Part shown: positions 50,904 through 60,676 of the stretch, in pieces
How positions within the stretch are numbered: the stretch's first letter is position 1
How the letters are laid out: each line of letters starts with the position of its first letter
Source of the DNA: Gammaproteobacteria bacterium
Lineage (GTDB): Bacteria > Pseudomonadota > Gammaproteobacteria > DSM-16500
Assembly: GCA_013287745.1 (NCBI GenBank)
Contig: JABDDF010000003.1
Location: 1,946 to 65,945 of the forward strand
Direction of reading: 5' to 3'
DNA: 64,000 bases
The notes under the pieces: generated by a model
Seen by the model: only the letters and a program-made list of their open reading frames with translations
Databases searched by the model: none
What the model was told of the DNA's origin: nothing
Made by a program: the position numbers and the translations under genes

Positions 50904-51266
50904 ATGAAAACACTCGATCTCAAAGAAGCCGCATTATTTTTAAAAATGACGCCAGAAGGATTGCGTAGAAAAGCAGCAAGCGGAGATATACCAGGCGCGA
51001 AACCAGGTAAACGCTGGTGTTTTAGAGAAGATGATCTTGCTGAATATTTACGATCCTTTTATGCTAGCCCTGCTAAAACATCGTGGGGTGTCGTTGAAAT
51101 GAATAGGAGAACGACATGGCACTCTACAAAAGAGGGAATATCTGGTGGATCGTCATTAGCCACCGTGGAAAAAGAATACAGGAAACTACTGGCACCGCAG
51201 ACAAAACAGCAGCGCAACAGTATCACGATAAGTTCAAAGCTGAATTATGGAAAACTGAAAAGTTAG
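50904..51266 (+). CDS. Excisionase-like HTH protein
   Basis: LDLKEAALFLKM....LRR....G.IPGAKPGKRWCF; directly upstream of and overlapping int. Confidence 0.85.
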   Translation: MKTLDLKEAALFLKMTPEGLRRKAASGDIPGAKPGKRWCFREDDLAEYLRSFYASPAKTSWGVVEMNRRTTWHSTKEGISGGSSLATVEKEYRKLLAPQTKQQRNSITISSKLNYGKLKS

Positions 51267-52108
51267 AGGAAAAACCGCAGCGGACTTGGATGGATGCAGT
51301 TGTAAAGTGGTTTTCTGAAATGCAACACAAGCGAAGCTTGTATGATGATAAGTTGCATATTAAGTGGCTTGATAAATATCTTGATAAACTCTACTTAATA
51401 GAGATTACTAAGCAAAAGGTTGATGACATTGCAAAAGCGAGGGAAGCTGAGGGTGTAAAACCAGCGACAGTTAACCGTATGATGGCCTTGGTTAGAGCTA
51501 TTTTGCGAAAAGCTGCCCACGAGTGGGAATGGATAGATAAGGTTCCACTTGTACGAATGCGCAAAGTTGAAAATAAGCGTATTCGCTGGATAACGAGAGA
51601 GGAAGCTGCAAAATTGCTTGCTACACTTCCTCGTCATTTATCAGCTATGGCTGCTTTTTCTCTTGCGACAGGACTACGCCAAGCAAACGTAACAGGTTTG
51701 AGATGGCAAGATGTAGACTTGATTAGGCGGCATGCATTGATTCATCCAGATCAAGCTAAAACAAAAAAAGCTATACCCGTACCATTAAATGAAGATGCCA
51801 TTGCTGTGCTTAAAAGCCAGATGGGCAAGCATAATGAATACGTGTTTACTTATCAAGGTAAGCGAATTGTTCAATGCAGCACAAAAGCTTGGCGGGCAGC
51901 CTTAAAGAGAGTGGGAATAAACAATTTCCGCTGGCATGATCTAAGGCATACGTGGGCTTCATGGCACGTGCAAAGTGGAACATCGTTGCAAGAATTGCAA
52001 GTGTTGGGAGGTTGGGCTAGCTTTGATATGGTTTTAAGATATGCTCATTTGAGTAGTGATCACTTAAGAAGTGCCGCTGAAAGAATTAGCCTGCTTAAAA
52101 CTGGATAG
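51116..52108 (+). CDS. Tyrosine recombinase/integrase
   Basis: TGLRQAN, K, WHDLRHT, LGGW, RYAHL. Confidence 0.96.
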   Translation: MALYKRGNIWWIVISHRGKRIQETTGTADKTAAQQYHDKFKAELWKTEKLEEKPQRTWMDAVVKWFSEMQHKRSLYDDKLHIKWLDKYLDKLYLIEITKQKVDDIAKAREAEGVKPATVNRMMALVRAILRKAAHEWEWIDKVPLVRMRKVENKRIRWITREEAAKLLATLPRHLSAMAAFSLATGLRQANVTGLRWQDVDLIRRHALIHPDQAKTKKAIPVPLNEDAIAVLKSQMGKHNEYVFTYQGKRIVQCSTKAWRAALKRVGINNFRWHDLRHTWASWHVQSGTSLQELQVLGGWASFDMVLRYAHLSSDHLRSAAERISLLKTG

Positions 52109-52153
52109 ATAGGTAAGTTTAATTCGATTTTGCTGATGAAATGAGAGCTCGAG

Positions 52154-52175
52154 TGTTACAGTTTTTACTACAGTG
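52154..52175 (+). promoter_or_regulatory. Integrase arm-type site candidate (right)
   Basis: tgttacagtttttactacagtg. Confidence 0.7.
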
Positions 52176-52221
52176 TTATTTTGGAACTTTAAAATTGACT
52201 TGTAACTACTTGATAATTATT

Positions 52222-52295
52222 TGGCTATGGGTGGACTCGAACCACCGACCTCAGCATTATGAGTGCCGCGCTCTAACCAGCTGAGCTACATAGCC
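52222..52295 (-). tRNA. tRNA-Met (CAT, elongator); no encoded CCA
   Basis: GGCTATGTAGCTCAGCTGGTTAGAGC...CTCATAA...GGTTCGAGTCC...CATAGCCA; G1-C72 pair. Confidence 0.95.
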
Positions 52296-52477
52296 ATCAT
52301 TTCATGGAAGGCGCATATTCTCGAAGTTTTACATGAGTTTTGTCAAGGAAACTTCGTTGAAATTTCAAATAATTCCAAGGATTTTCACTTAAACTGGCTA
52401 TTTTTACTTCAGATGCAATATCCCATTGCATCTCTGACGCGGTTTACGTACAATCTGACCCCTTAAAATTACATTTA

Positions 52478-52523
52478 CTCCTTGCTTTCACCCTAGAGGG
52501 AAAGCTGTACAAACCGAGAGGAG
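52478..52523 (+). promoter_or_regulatory. rpsF leader (S6:S18 autoregulatory hairpin candidate)
   Basis: ctcctt at 52478 can pair with RBS gaggag; CCC in the loop region. Confidence 0.5.
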
Positions 52524-52530
52524 CCTTCTT

Positions 52531-52986
52531 ATGAAGCGCAGCAATACTGATAATATGCGGCATTATGAAATTGTATTTCTTGTCCATCCAGATCAAAGCG
52601 AGCAAGTGCCCGCTATGATTGAGCGTTATAATACCTTAATTTCTCAGCACAAAGGCAAGGTCCATCGCCTGGAAGATTGGGGTCGTCGTCCTTTAGCTTA
52701 TCCTATTAATAAAATCATGAAAGCTCATTATGTTTTGATGAATATTGAATGTGATCAAGCGACTGTGAATGAATTAAGCGACAGCTTCCGCTATAACGAT
52801 GCAGTGATCCGTAACATGGTATTGCACGTAGATCATGCTATTACTGAACCCTCAGCCATCTTTAAAGAAAAAGATGGTCGTAGTGAAGTGGAAGGTGGTG
52901 TTGAAGGTGGCCGATCCGAATCGGGTCGTGGCAGAAAGTCTGAAGAAGATTTTCAACAACAAGAAGCTAACGGCGATATCCGATAG
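52531..52986 (+). CDS. rpsF: 30S ribosomal protein S6
   Basis: [29 protein letters not shown]. Confidence 0.98.
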   Translation: MKRSNTDNMRHYEIVFLVHPDQSEQVPAMIERYNTLISQHKGKVHRLEDWGRRPLAYPINKIMKAHYVLMNIECDQATVNELSDSFRYNDAVIRNMVLHVDHAITEPSAIFKEKDGRSEVEGGVEGGRSESGRGRKSEEDFQQQEANGDIR

Positions 52987-53011
52987 TTCCCAATTAGAGT
53001 GGAGAAAATAC

Positions 53012-53227
53012 ATGTTTCGTCGTAAAAAAGTGTGTTATTTCACATCCAACAAACTTAAAGAAGTTGATTACAAAAATGCTGGATTACTTAAAAAGTTTAT
53101 CATGGATAATGGCAAGATTGTGCCGAGTCGTATTACTGGCACGAAAGCCTCATTTCAACGTATGTTGAAAAAAGCAATCAAACGGGCACGTTATTTGGCC
53201 TTATTGCCTTATACTGACAGACATTAA
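53012..53227 (+). CDS. rpsR: 30S ribosomal protein S18
   Basis: [32 protein letters not shown]. Confidence 0.98.
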   Translation: MFRRKKVCYFTSNKLKEVDYKNAGLLKKFIMDNGKIVPSRITGTKASFQRMLKKAIKRARYLALLPYTDRH

Positions 53228-53248
53228 TTATTGAAATAGTCTATTCCC

Positions 53249-54169
53249 ATGTGGCTACAACGTCCTACATATTATTTATTGAAGAATCGCTGGCAAGCGC
53301 TAGCTTTGACCTTGCTTATTTCGTGCATACCTTTTGCTGGTCTGCTAGGCATTTTGCTTGCAGCTTTTATGACCCTCGTAAAAGGTGCCTTTGAAGGTGC
53401 ACTATTTACGATTGCGGCTACGCTGGGTTATTTGGCGAGTTTTTACTTATTCAATCAGCATGACAGCAGTGCCTTAATAACATGGACGGCGGTGTCTATT
53501 GGTGTATTGAGTAATGTGCTCACTTGGGCTTTTGCAGTTATGTTGTTCCGTAAAACAAACTGGAGTGCTTTGCTGCAAATAGCTGCCTTACTGGGTGTGC
53601 TCGCAGTGAGTGTCATTCATCTTGTCTATCCGGATGTAGCAAATTGGTGGGCCACTCAACTAGAGCAAATACAGCAAATGGCGGGTGCTTTACCGCAAGG
53701 TGCAACAGCTGTTGTTCCCAGTGATCAACGTGAAGTAATCAATATCACCAAACAATATGCAACAGGCTTGGTAGTGGCTGCGATATTGTTTAATGCTATT
53801 TTGCAATTAGTGGTTGGCCGTTGGTGGCAAACACTTATTTTTGCACCCGGAAGATTGCGAAATGAATTGCAAAATATACGCTTGAGTTCATTGGCTGGTA
53901 TTTTGTTTATGGTGAGTTTGGGACTTTTGTATTGGGGTAATCGTGTTGTTTTAGATATGATGCCAGTGCTTTACTTGTTGGTTGCAGTAGCAGGACTGAG
54001 TCTGGTTCATTATTTATTTAAATTAGGACACTCATCCCTAACATGGTTTTGGTTATTACTTTTTTACGTAGTATTAATTATTTCTACACCAGTTGGTATT
54101 ATGTTAGTCGCGATTTTAGCGCTATTAGATATCTGGTTAGATGTGCGTAAACGATTTAAAAAAGTTTAA
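53249..54169 (+). CDS. DUF2232/YybS-like membrane protein
   Basis: Polytopic; conserved position between rpsR and rplI. Confidence 0.8.
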   Translation: MWLQRPTYYLLKNRWQALALTLLISCIPFAGLLGILLAAFMTLVKGAFEGALFTIAATLGYLASFYLFNQHDSSALITWTAVSIGVLSNVLTWAFAVMLFRKTNWSALLQIAALLGVLAVSVIHLVYPDVANWWATQLEQIQQMAGALPQGATAVVPSDQREVINITKQYATGLVVAAILFNAILQLVVGRWWQTLIFAPGRLRNELQNIRLSSLAGILFMVSLGLLYWGNRVVLDMMPVLYLLVAVAGLSLVHYLFKLGHSSLTWFWLLLFYVVLIISTPVGIMLVAILALLDIWLDVRKRFKKV

Positions 54170-54196
54170 TATTTTATTTTTAGAGGGGCTAAGACG

Positions 54197-54649
54197 GTGG
54201 AAGTAATCTTACTTGAAAAAATGCGCAACCTAGGTGCACTAGGCGATAAGGTAAAAGTAAAACCAGGGTTTGCCCGAAATTTTCTTGTACCAAAAGGTAA
54301 AGCAGTATATGCCACGAAAGAGAATTTGGCTAAGGTTGAACAAAGACGTGCAGAGTTAGAAAAAATTGATGCAGAAAAAATGCGTGAAGCGCAAGCCAGA
54401 CAGAAGGTCATCAATGAATTAAATGCGATTACTATCACAGCAAAATCAGGTGAAGAAGGTAAATTATTTGGTTCAATTGGCTCGCGTGATATCGTCAGCG
54501 CACTTGAAAAAGCGGGTGTTGCTGTAGAAAAACGTGAAATTCGTTTGCCAGAAGGCGCCTTGCGTTTGGTTGGTGAATATGCAATAGAAATTGAACTCGA
54601 AGGCGACTTGGTTGCGATAGTGAAAATCAATATAGTTGGCGAAGGTTAG
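54197..54649 (+). CDS. rplI: 50S ribosomal protein L9
   Basis: LG.LGD.V.VKPGFARNFLVP, GKLFGSI. Confidence 0.98.
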   Translation: MEVILLEKMRNLGALGDKVKVKPGFARNFLVPKGKAVYATKENLAKVEQRRAELEKIDAEKMREAQARQKVINELNAITITAKSGEEGKLFGSIGSRDIVSALEKAGVAVEKREIRLPEGALRLVGEYAIEIELEGDLVAIVKINIVGEG

Positions 54650-54712
54650 GATTGTCGTGATTGTCGTTGAACGGGCGCCCGTCGTTTTATAAAAGCGTCC
54701 GTCGTAGTGGAA

Positions 54713-54864
54713 GCGTCCGTCGTTGCGAGGAGTGCTTTTTACGACGAAGCAATCCAGGCTTCGACTTTTATCAAATATTGCTTTTTATATAAAAGTCGAA
54801 GCCTGGATTGCTTTGCCGCGCTGCGCTCGCAACCGTAAAAAGCACTCCTCGCAACGACGGATGC
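54713..54864. repeat. Long palindromic REP/RPE-like element
   Basis: Outer 31-bp arms 54713-54743 / 54834-54864; inner 25-bp arms 54747-54771 / 54789-54813. Confidence 0.9.
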
Positions 54865-54986
54865 CTGCGCAACAACGATGCTTCCCCACCTATCAACCTC
54901 TCACAAAATACCACCCAATCCCCACCTCCTTTGGACAAACTCCCTCATTAATGCGAAAATTGCTATCTCTATAAAGGATAGCAATC

Positions 54987-56384
54987 ATGACCGATGCTTC
55001 ATCAGTTGCGCAGCGTTTCACGTCAAATAAGATGTTGACACATGCTTCTGTCAAAACCCCGCCCCATTCCATCGAAGCAGAGCAATCCGTTCTTGGCGGT
55101 TTAATGCTTGATAATCGTGCCTGGGACCAAGTGGTCGATCGAATTCGTGAAATAGATTTCTATCGTCATGAGCATATTTTAATTTTTCGTGCCATGGCAC
55201 GTTTAATCTCACAAAACAAACCACTTGATGTCTTGACCGTATCTGATGTGTTGCGTGAACTACATGAATTAGAACAGGCAGGCGGCGAAGTCTATTTATT
55301 TGAATTAGCAAATAACACTCCGAGCGCAGCCAATATTACAGCCTATGCCGATATCGTTCGTGAACGCTCTGTGCTGCGTCAGTTGATAGCAGCAGCCAGC
55401 GATATTGCAAATAGTGCTTTCAACGTACAAGGCCGAAGTATTATTGATTTGCTAGATGAGGCTGAACGCAAAGTATTTTCTATTTCTGAGCAAGGTACGC
55501 GCGGCAGCGGTCCCGTTAACATCAAAGAATTTTTGACAAAAACCATGGATAGAATTGACACGCTATTCCATTCCAATGCGGCCATTACCGGTGTGCCAAC
55601 GGGTTATCGTGATCTTGATGATATGACCTCTGGTTTGCAGCAATCTGATCTTGTCATTATTGCCGGCCGTCCCTCAATGGGTAAAACTATTTTAGCAATG
55701 AATATTGCTGAGCATGTTGCCATAAAAAGCCGCGCACCTGTTTTAGTTTTTAGTCTAGAAATGCCAGGGGAAGCGATCGTCATGCGTTTATTATCTTCAC
55801 TTTGCCGCATTGATCAATTGCGTATTCGCACAGGTAAATTAATGGATGAAGATTGGCCGCGCATCACTTCAACCGTCAGTATGTTATCAGAAGCCCCTCT
55901 TTTTATTGATGATGCACCCGCTTTAAGTCCTGCTGAAATGCGTGCACGCGCTCGTCGTGTTGCCAAAGAACAGGGCCAATTAGGCTTGATCGTTGTCGAT
56001 TATTTACAATTGATGCAAGTGCCTGGCAACAATGAAAATCGCACGGCAGAAATTTCTGAAATATCGCGCTCATTGAAAAGCCTTGCCAAAGAATTAAAAG
56101 TGCCTGTGATTGCCTTATCTCAGTTGAATCGTGGTTTGGAGCAACGTGCTGATAAGCGTCCCATCATGTCAGATTTACGCGAATCCGGTGCCATTGAACA
56201 AGATGCTGATTTAATCGCATTCATTTATCGTGATGAAGTTTACAATGAAAATAGTCCAGATAAGGGTACAGCTGAAATTATTATTGCTAAACAGCGTAAT
56301 GGCCCGATTGGTAAACTACGTTTGACCTTTATGGGGCAATATACTTGCTTTGAAAACTTTGTACGTCATCCTGACTATGCCTAG
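54987..56384 (+). CDS. dnaB: Replicative DNA helicase
   Basis: PPHSIEAEQ, GRPSMGKT, DYLQLM, SQLNR, DLRESGAIEQDAD. Confidence 0.98.
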   Translation: MTDASSVAQRFTSNKMLTHASVKTPPHSIEAEQSVLGGLMLDNRAWDQVVDRIREIDFYRHEHILIFRAMARLISQNKPLDVLTVSDVLRELHELEQAGGEVYLFELANNTPSAANITAYADIVRERSVLRQLIAAASDIANSAFNVQGRSIIDLLDEAERKVFSISEQGTRGSGPVNIKEFLTKTMDRIDTLFHSNAAITGVPTGYRDLDDMTSGLQQSDLVIIAGRPSMGKTILAMNIAEHVAIKSRAPVLVFSLEMPGEAIVMRLLSSLCRIDQLRIRTGKLMDEDWPRITSTVSMLSEAPLFIDDAPALSPAEMRARARRVAKEQGQLGLIVVDYLQLMQVPGNNENRTAEISEISRSLKSLAKELKVPVIALSQLNRGLEQRADKRPIMSDLRESGAIEQDADLIAFIYRDEVYNENSPDKGTAEIIIAKQRNGPIGKLRLTFMGQYTCFENFVRHPDYA

Positions 56385-56393
56385 GTAGCTTCC

Positions 56394-57470
56394 ATGAGTC
56401 GTCCTACTTACATGACAATCAATTTGCCGGCCTTGCAGCATAATGTGGCGCGTGTGCAAGCGCTTGCGCCTCATAGTTCAATCATGGCCATGGTAAAAGC
56501 AAATGCCTATGGCCATGGTATTGAACGTGTGGCACAAGCTTTAACATCGGTACAAGCGCTGGGTGTTGCTTCATTAGAAGAAGGCGTGAAATTGCGTGAA
56601 GCGGGTATCACAAAACCTATTGTACTGATGGAAGGTGTATTTTATGCGGATGAATTAATTGATGCGGCGAGATATCACTTTAGTTTAGTCGTGCATCATC
56701 TGCCTCATGTTGAAATGCTTGAGCAATTCCCTCTGGAAGCAGCCTTTTCGATTTGGCTAAAAATCGATACGGGCATGCATCGTTTAGGTGTGGCACCTCA
56801 TCTTGCTCACGAAATTTACCAGCGCCTATCTGCGATTCCTTCCATTATCAAACCCATTGGTTTGATGACGCATTTTGCCGAGGCAGATTTATTGGCTAGC
56901 ACAGCGACCACAAGACAAATTGAACTTTTTCAGCAAGTGACCCATGGGTTGCAGGGCCCTCGTAGTTTAGCGAATTCGGCGGGAATACTCGCTTGGCCTA
57001 CTGCGCATGGTGATTGGGTTCGGCCAGGTTTAATGCTTTATGGCGCCTCGCCATTTGCAGATAAAACAGGCTCGGATTATGACTTGCAGCCTGTCATGAC
57101 ACTTTCTTCACGTTTAATCGCTATCACCCAAGTGCCGCGAGGCGGCAAAGTAGGCTATGGCGGCACTTGGGTTGCACCAGAAGATATGTTAATTGGTGTC
57201 GTTGGCGTGGGTTATGGCGATGGCTATCCGCAATATGCAGAAAATGCTACCCCTGTGTTAATCAATCAACAAGTGTGCCAAGTAGTCGGACGCGTTTCCA
57301 TGGATATGCTAACGGTTGATTTGCGTAATCAGCCAGAAGCAAAAATAGGTGACGCCGTGATTTTATGGGGTGAGGGTTTGCCCGTCGAACAAGTGGCAAG
57401 GCATAGCCATACTTCTGCTTATGAAATATTAACTCGCATGACGCCGCGCCCGAAAATAAAAGAGGTGTAA
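56394..57470 (+). CDS. alr: Alanine racemase
   Basis: VKANAYGHG, DTGMHRLG, GYGDG, GRVSMD. Confidence 0.98.
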   Translation: MSRPTYMTINLPALQHNVARVQALAPHSSIMAMVKANAYGHGIERVAQALTSVQALGVASLEEGVKLREAGITKPIVLMEGVFYADELIDAARYHFSLVVHHLPHVEMLEQFPLEAAFSIWLKIDTGMHRLGVAPHLAHEIYQRLSAIPSIIKPIGLMTHFAEADLLASTATTRQIELFQQVTHGLQGPRSLANSAGILAWPTAHGDWVRPGLMLYGASPFADKTGSDYDLQPVMTLSSRLIAITQVPRGGKVGYGGTWVAPEDMLIGVVGVGYGDGYPQYAENATPVLINQQVCQVVGRVSMDMLTVDLRNQPEAKIGDAVILWGEGLPVEQVARHSHTSAYEILTRMTPRPKIKEV

Positions 57471-57495
57471 CTATCTCGGCGAATGCTTTGGCTTC

Positions 57496-57709
57496 ATCGA
57501 GCCCGCATGCGTCTTTTCTGCCCTCACCCCCTGCCCCTCTCCCCTCGCAAAAAGCGCTCCGGGAGAAGGGAGCGTTCTAAGTTATTTCGAGGAGAAAATT
57601 TAGAACTCTCCCTTCTCCCGGAGCGCTTTTTGCGAGGGGAGAGGGGTAGGGGGTGAGGGTTAGTGTCAGTCTACCAAGCTATTACAGAAAAGACGCATGC
57701 GGGCTCGAT
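57496..57709. repeat. Nested palindromic element (25-bp outer arms enclosing a 60-bp-arm REP pair)
   Basis: 57496-57520 / 57685-57709 and 57521-57580 / 57600-57659. Confidence 0.9.
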
Positions 57710-57759
57710 AAGGGTAGTGATGTTTGCTAGATAAATAACAGAAGGGGCTTGACTTTAGC

Positions 57760-57895
57760 AAAAGAAAAGGGCAGTTTTGGGGCTGCCCTTAAAAAATAAA
57801 AATAATTCCATTTTAATCGTTGCATCCATGCAAACACACAAAACGAGGAGTGGTTGCAGAATCCTTTCTCTAACCGCTAGTCAATCCGTGACTAG
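57760..57895 (-). ncRNA. CsrA-sequestering sRNA (RsmY/RsmZ/CsrB-like)
   Basis: Hairpin-loop ANGGA motifs (agtcACGGAttgact, agaAAGGAttct, ttgcATGGAtgcaa, aATGGA); terminator aagggcag...ctgcccttttctttt; -10 TACTAT. Confidence 0.75.
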
Positions 57896-57955
57896 AAGAA
57901 AATAGTAACTCAAATAATTTCAGAAGAATAGCATTGGATCTACATATTGAGCATG

Positions 57956-57973
57956 TCTGGCAAATGTCTTACA
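57956..57973 (-). promoter_or_regulatory. LetA/GacA-box-like site upstream of the sRNA
   Basis: TGTAAGACATTTGCCAGA about 70 bp upstream of the predicted start. Confidence 0.5.
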
Positions 57974-58130
57974 AGGCTATGGGGTGATTGTCGCAGTTAT
58001 TCGTCTTTTTCGGGTATTTTGCTAAATAACAGGGCTAGGAATTGGGTTTTATTTCTTTAATAAAACCTTAATAAATGGCTGAAATATGGAAAAGTGCTCA
58101 TGCTGAGCGCAGCAAAGAAATTGATGAGTC

Positions 58131-59495
58131 CTAGCAAATCGCTTCAAAACAATCCAAGGCTTCCTTTAGCGTTTGCACGGGCACTATCTTCATGCCGTCC
58201 ACTTCTTTTTTCACAACATTAGCCTGCGGCACAATAGCGGTTTTAAAACCATGCTTGGCTGCTTCCTTTAAACGTTCTTGGCCGCCCGGAACAGGACGAA
58301 TTTCACCAGCCAAACCCAATTCACCAAAGACAAGTAAATCAGGCGGCAAATGACGATTGCGAAAGCTGGATAAAATAGCAAACAAGATGGGTAAATCAGC
58401 AGCAGTTTCCGTGATTTGCAATCCACCGACCACATTTAAAAAAACATCCATGCTATGCGTAGAAAGACCGCTATGTTTGTGTAAGACAGCAAGCAGCATG
58501 GAAAGGCGTTGAGGATCTAAGCCAACAGATAAACGTCTCGGATTCGCCGCATGACTTTGATCAACCAAGGCTTGTACTTCCACCAATAAGGGCCGCGAGC
58601 CTTCTTTGGTCGCAGTAATTATGCTGCCCGAAACAGGTTGTGCATAACGCGAAAGAAAAATAGCAGAAGGATGGCTCACTTCACGCAAGCCTTTTTCTGT
58701 CATAGCAAAAATACCTAATTCATTGACGGCACCAAAGCGATTTTTCACTGCGCGAATAATGCGATAAGCACTATCTTGCTCACCTTCAAAATATAAAACA
58801 GTATCCACCATGTGTTCTAACACGCGCGGGCCCGCCAAACTGCCTTCCTTGGTCACATGACCAATGAGGAAAAGCGCAGTCTCAGTTTGTTTGGCATAAG
58901 TCACTAACTGCATGGCACTTTCACGTACTTGTCCAACAGAACCCGGTGCTGAAGATAAAAGCGAAGTATGCATGGTTTGAATGGAATCAATGACCAATAC
59001 CCGCGGTTTTTCTTTTTTCACATGCGATAAAATAGTTTCAACATGGGTATCGGCCAAGAGCCAAACTTGTTGCTCAGGCAAACCTAAACGTCTTGCGCGC
59101 AGCGTGACTTGCTGCGGCGATTCTTCACCAGTCACATAAAGTGTTTTTAAATTTTGACTTAAATGCGCAATGGTTTGCAGCAAAATAGTCGATTTACCAA
59201 TGCCCGGATCACCGCCAATTAAAATGGCTGATCCCATGATTATGCCGCCGCCTAAGACGCGATCTAATTCCTGTGATCCCGATGAAAGGCGAATATCCGC
59301 TTGCAAGGTCACATCTGCCATGCAGGCAATTTGCGCTTCTGTGCCAGCATAGCCTTGATAGCGGGATGATTGAATGGGTGTTTGCGTTTCTTCAGCAATG
59401 GTATTCCATTGATTGCATCCCGTGCATTGCCCCGTCCATTTGGGATATAAGGTGCCGCAAGTTTGACAACAGAAAACAAGCTTGGATTTAGCCAT
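58131..59495 (-). CDS. radA: DNA repair protein RadA/Sms
   Basis: C4 Zn finger, GDPGIGKST, KNRFG, GELGLAGE. Confidence 0.98.
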   Translation of the reverse strand: MAKSKLVFCCQTCGTLYPKWTGQCTGCNQWNTIAEETQTPIQSSRYQGYAGTEAQIACMADVTLQADIRLSSGSQELDRVLGGGIIMGSAILIGGDPGIGKSTILLQTIAHLSQNLKTLYVTGEESPQQVTLRARRLGLPEQQVWLLADTHVETILSHVKKEKPRVLVIDSIQTMHTSLLSSAPGSVGQVRESAMQLVTYAKQTETALFLIGHVTKEGSLAGPRVLEHMVDTVLYFEGEQDSAYRIIRAVKNRFGAVNELGIFAMTEKGLREVSHPSAIFLSRYAQPVSGSIITATKEGSRPLLVEVQALVDQSHAANPRRLSVGLDPQRLSMLLAVLHKHSGLSTHSMDVFLNVVGGLQITETAADLPILFAILSSFRNRHLPPDLLVFGELGLAGEIRPVPGGQERLKEAAKHGFKTAIVPQANVVKKEVDGMKIVPVQTLKEALDCFEAIC

Positions 59496-59514
59496 TTCAA
59501 GCCTCCGTGTATGG

Positions 59515-59603
59515 CCTGTCATTCCCGCGTAGGCGGGAACCCATTTCTAATTTGCAATAGAAGTAAATTAAAGATAGGTTCCCGCCTACGCGGGAATGAC
59601 AGG
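59515..59603. repeat. Palindromic GTCATTCCCGC-type REP pair
   Basis: 27-bp perfect arms 59515-59541 / 59577-59603. Confidence 0.9.
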
Positions 59604-59661
59604 TCTGTGTCGTCTCAAAGGGTTTCTAGAATTACAATCCATCCTACATCTAATCTAACAA

Positions 59662-60123
59662 TCAATCATTCACAACTTGCCAAGAACCATCAGGTTGACG
59701 ACAAGCAGTTCCATAAACTTGCTGTTTCTTCCCGCCAATATCAGCGACTGAGCGGTATTCACGGCAGTATTGATTGCCATCGACAGTCACATTGCGAGTC
59801 GGTACGACTTGATAGTTAGCACCCGTCTTAGCATTGTGCCAATAAGCGGGTTGTCCAGGTTGATTATTTTCTAGAGCGCGATTCATTTTTAAGCGGTCAG
59901 TTTCATCCATATTTTTACCAATGGCGTTACCAATCACCGCACCTGCAACAGCGCCTGCGCCAATAGCAAGTACGCGGCCACTACCTTGGCCAACGGCGCT
60001 GCCCAGTAAGCCACCGGCTAGCGCACCTGTCATGGTGCCAACGTCTTGCTTGCTCATGTTGTCGCAGCCAATGAGACTTGCACTGCAAATTAATATTAAT
60101 AATGCGCTTAACAGTTTTTTCAT
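59662..60123 (-). CDS. 17-kDa surface antigen-like glycine-zipper lipoprotein
   Basis: Lipobox LIGC, GxxxG zipper, YCREY...YGTACRQPDGSW. Confidence 0.92.
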   Translation of the reverse strand: MKKLLSALLILICSASLIGCDNMSKQDVGTMTGALAGGLLGSAVGQGSGRVLAIGAGAVAGAVIGNAIGKNMDETDRLKMNRALENNQPGQPAYWHNAKTGANYQVVPTRNVTVDGNQYCREYRSVADIGGKKQQVYGTACRQPDGSWQVVND

Positions 60124-60215
60124 GGGTTTCCTCCTCCTCGTGGGGATGTTCATCAGTGTTCGGATATTCTATACTGCTGCTTTTCTGATGCCAATATTCA
60201 TTTTAAGGGTTGACC

Positions 60216-60659
60216 ATGACTTTTAAACCGCCTTATCCCGATGCTAGCTTTGGCGAGTACACATTTAGTGCAGATAAAAAGCGGCTCGATTTAGAATACA
60301 TGTTCCAACTGCTCTGCATTCCCTCTCGTTATTCAACGGGATTACCGCCAGAAAGATTGCCCTTAGTGATTGAAAATTCACTCTGTTTTAGCGTTTTCTA
60401 TCAAGGTAAGCAGATAGGGTTTTCTCGCGTTATTAGTGATCAATCTGAATTTGCCTCCCTCTGGGATGTCTTTATTGACGAGCCCCATCGCCGCAAGGGT
60501 GTAGGCCAAGCCTTGCTCAAATATATTTTTGCTCATCCGCGCTTGAAGGGTATTTTCCGCTGGTTCTTGATGACAGAAGATGCGCATGGGCTTTATCAAA
60601 AGTTTGATTTCAAGACTGAGGTTTATAATCCCTATATTATGATGAAGGTAAATGTTTAA
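60216..60659 (+). CDS. GNAT N-acetyltransferase
   Basis: QIGFSRVISD, HRRKGVGQ, DAHGLYQKF. Confidence 0.92.
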   Translation: MTFKPPYPDASFGEYTFSADKKRLDLEYMFQLLCIPSRYSTGLPPERLPLVIENSLCFSVFYQGKQIGFSRVISDQSEFASLWDVFIDEPHRRKGVGQALLKYIFAHPRLKGIFRWFLMTEDAHGLYQKFDFKTEVYNPYIMMKVNV

Positions 60660-60676
60660 GATATTTTGTTGCCATC

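Larger units (their letters stand above)
16787..52264. mobile_element. Integrative conjugative element (~35.5 kb) in tRNA-Met
   Basis: 43-bp direct repeat of the tRNA 3' half at both ends; integrase next to the tRNA; virB T4SS, relaxase and T4CP inside. Confidence 0.95.

Noticed and set aside
52222-52295. tRNA-fMet or tRNA-Ile2 identity
   Set aside because: G1-C72 pair and GGCTA acceptor stem fit elongator Met
54723-54974. 83-aa ORF
   Set aside because: Spurious frame through a palindromic repeat; the same applies to 41239-41451, 48089-48376, 59463-59819 and 10769-10990
58056-58071. PmrA-like TTAA repeat
   Set aside because: No gene downstream on that strand; likely chance in AT-rich DNA
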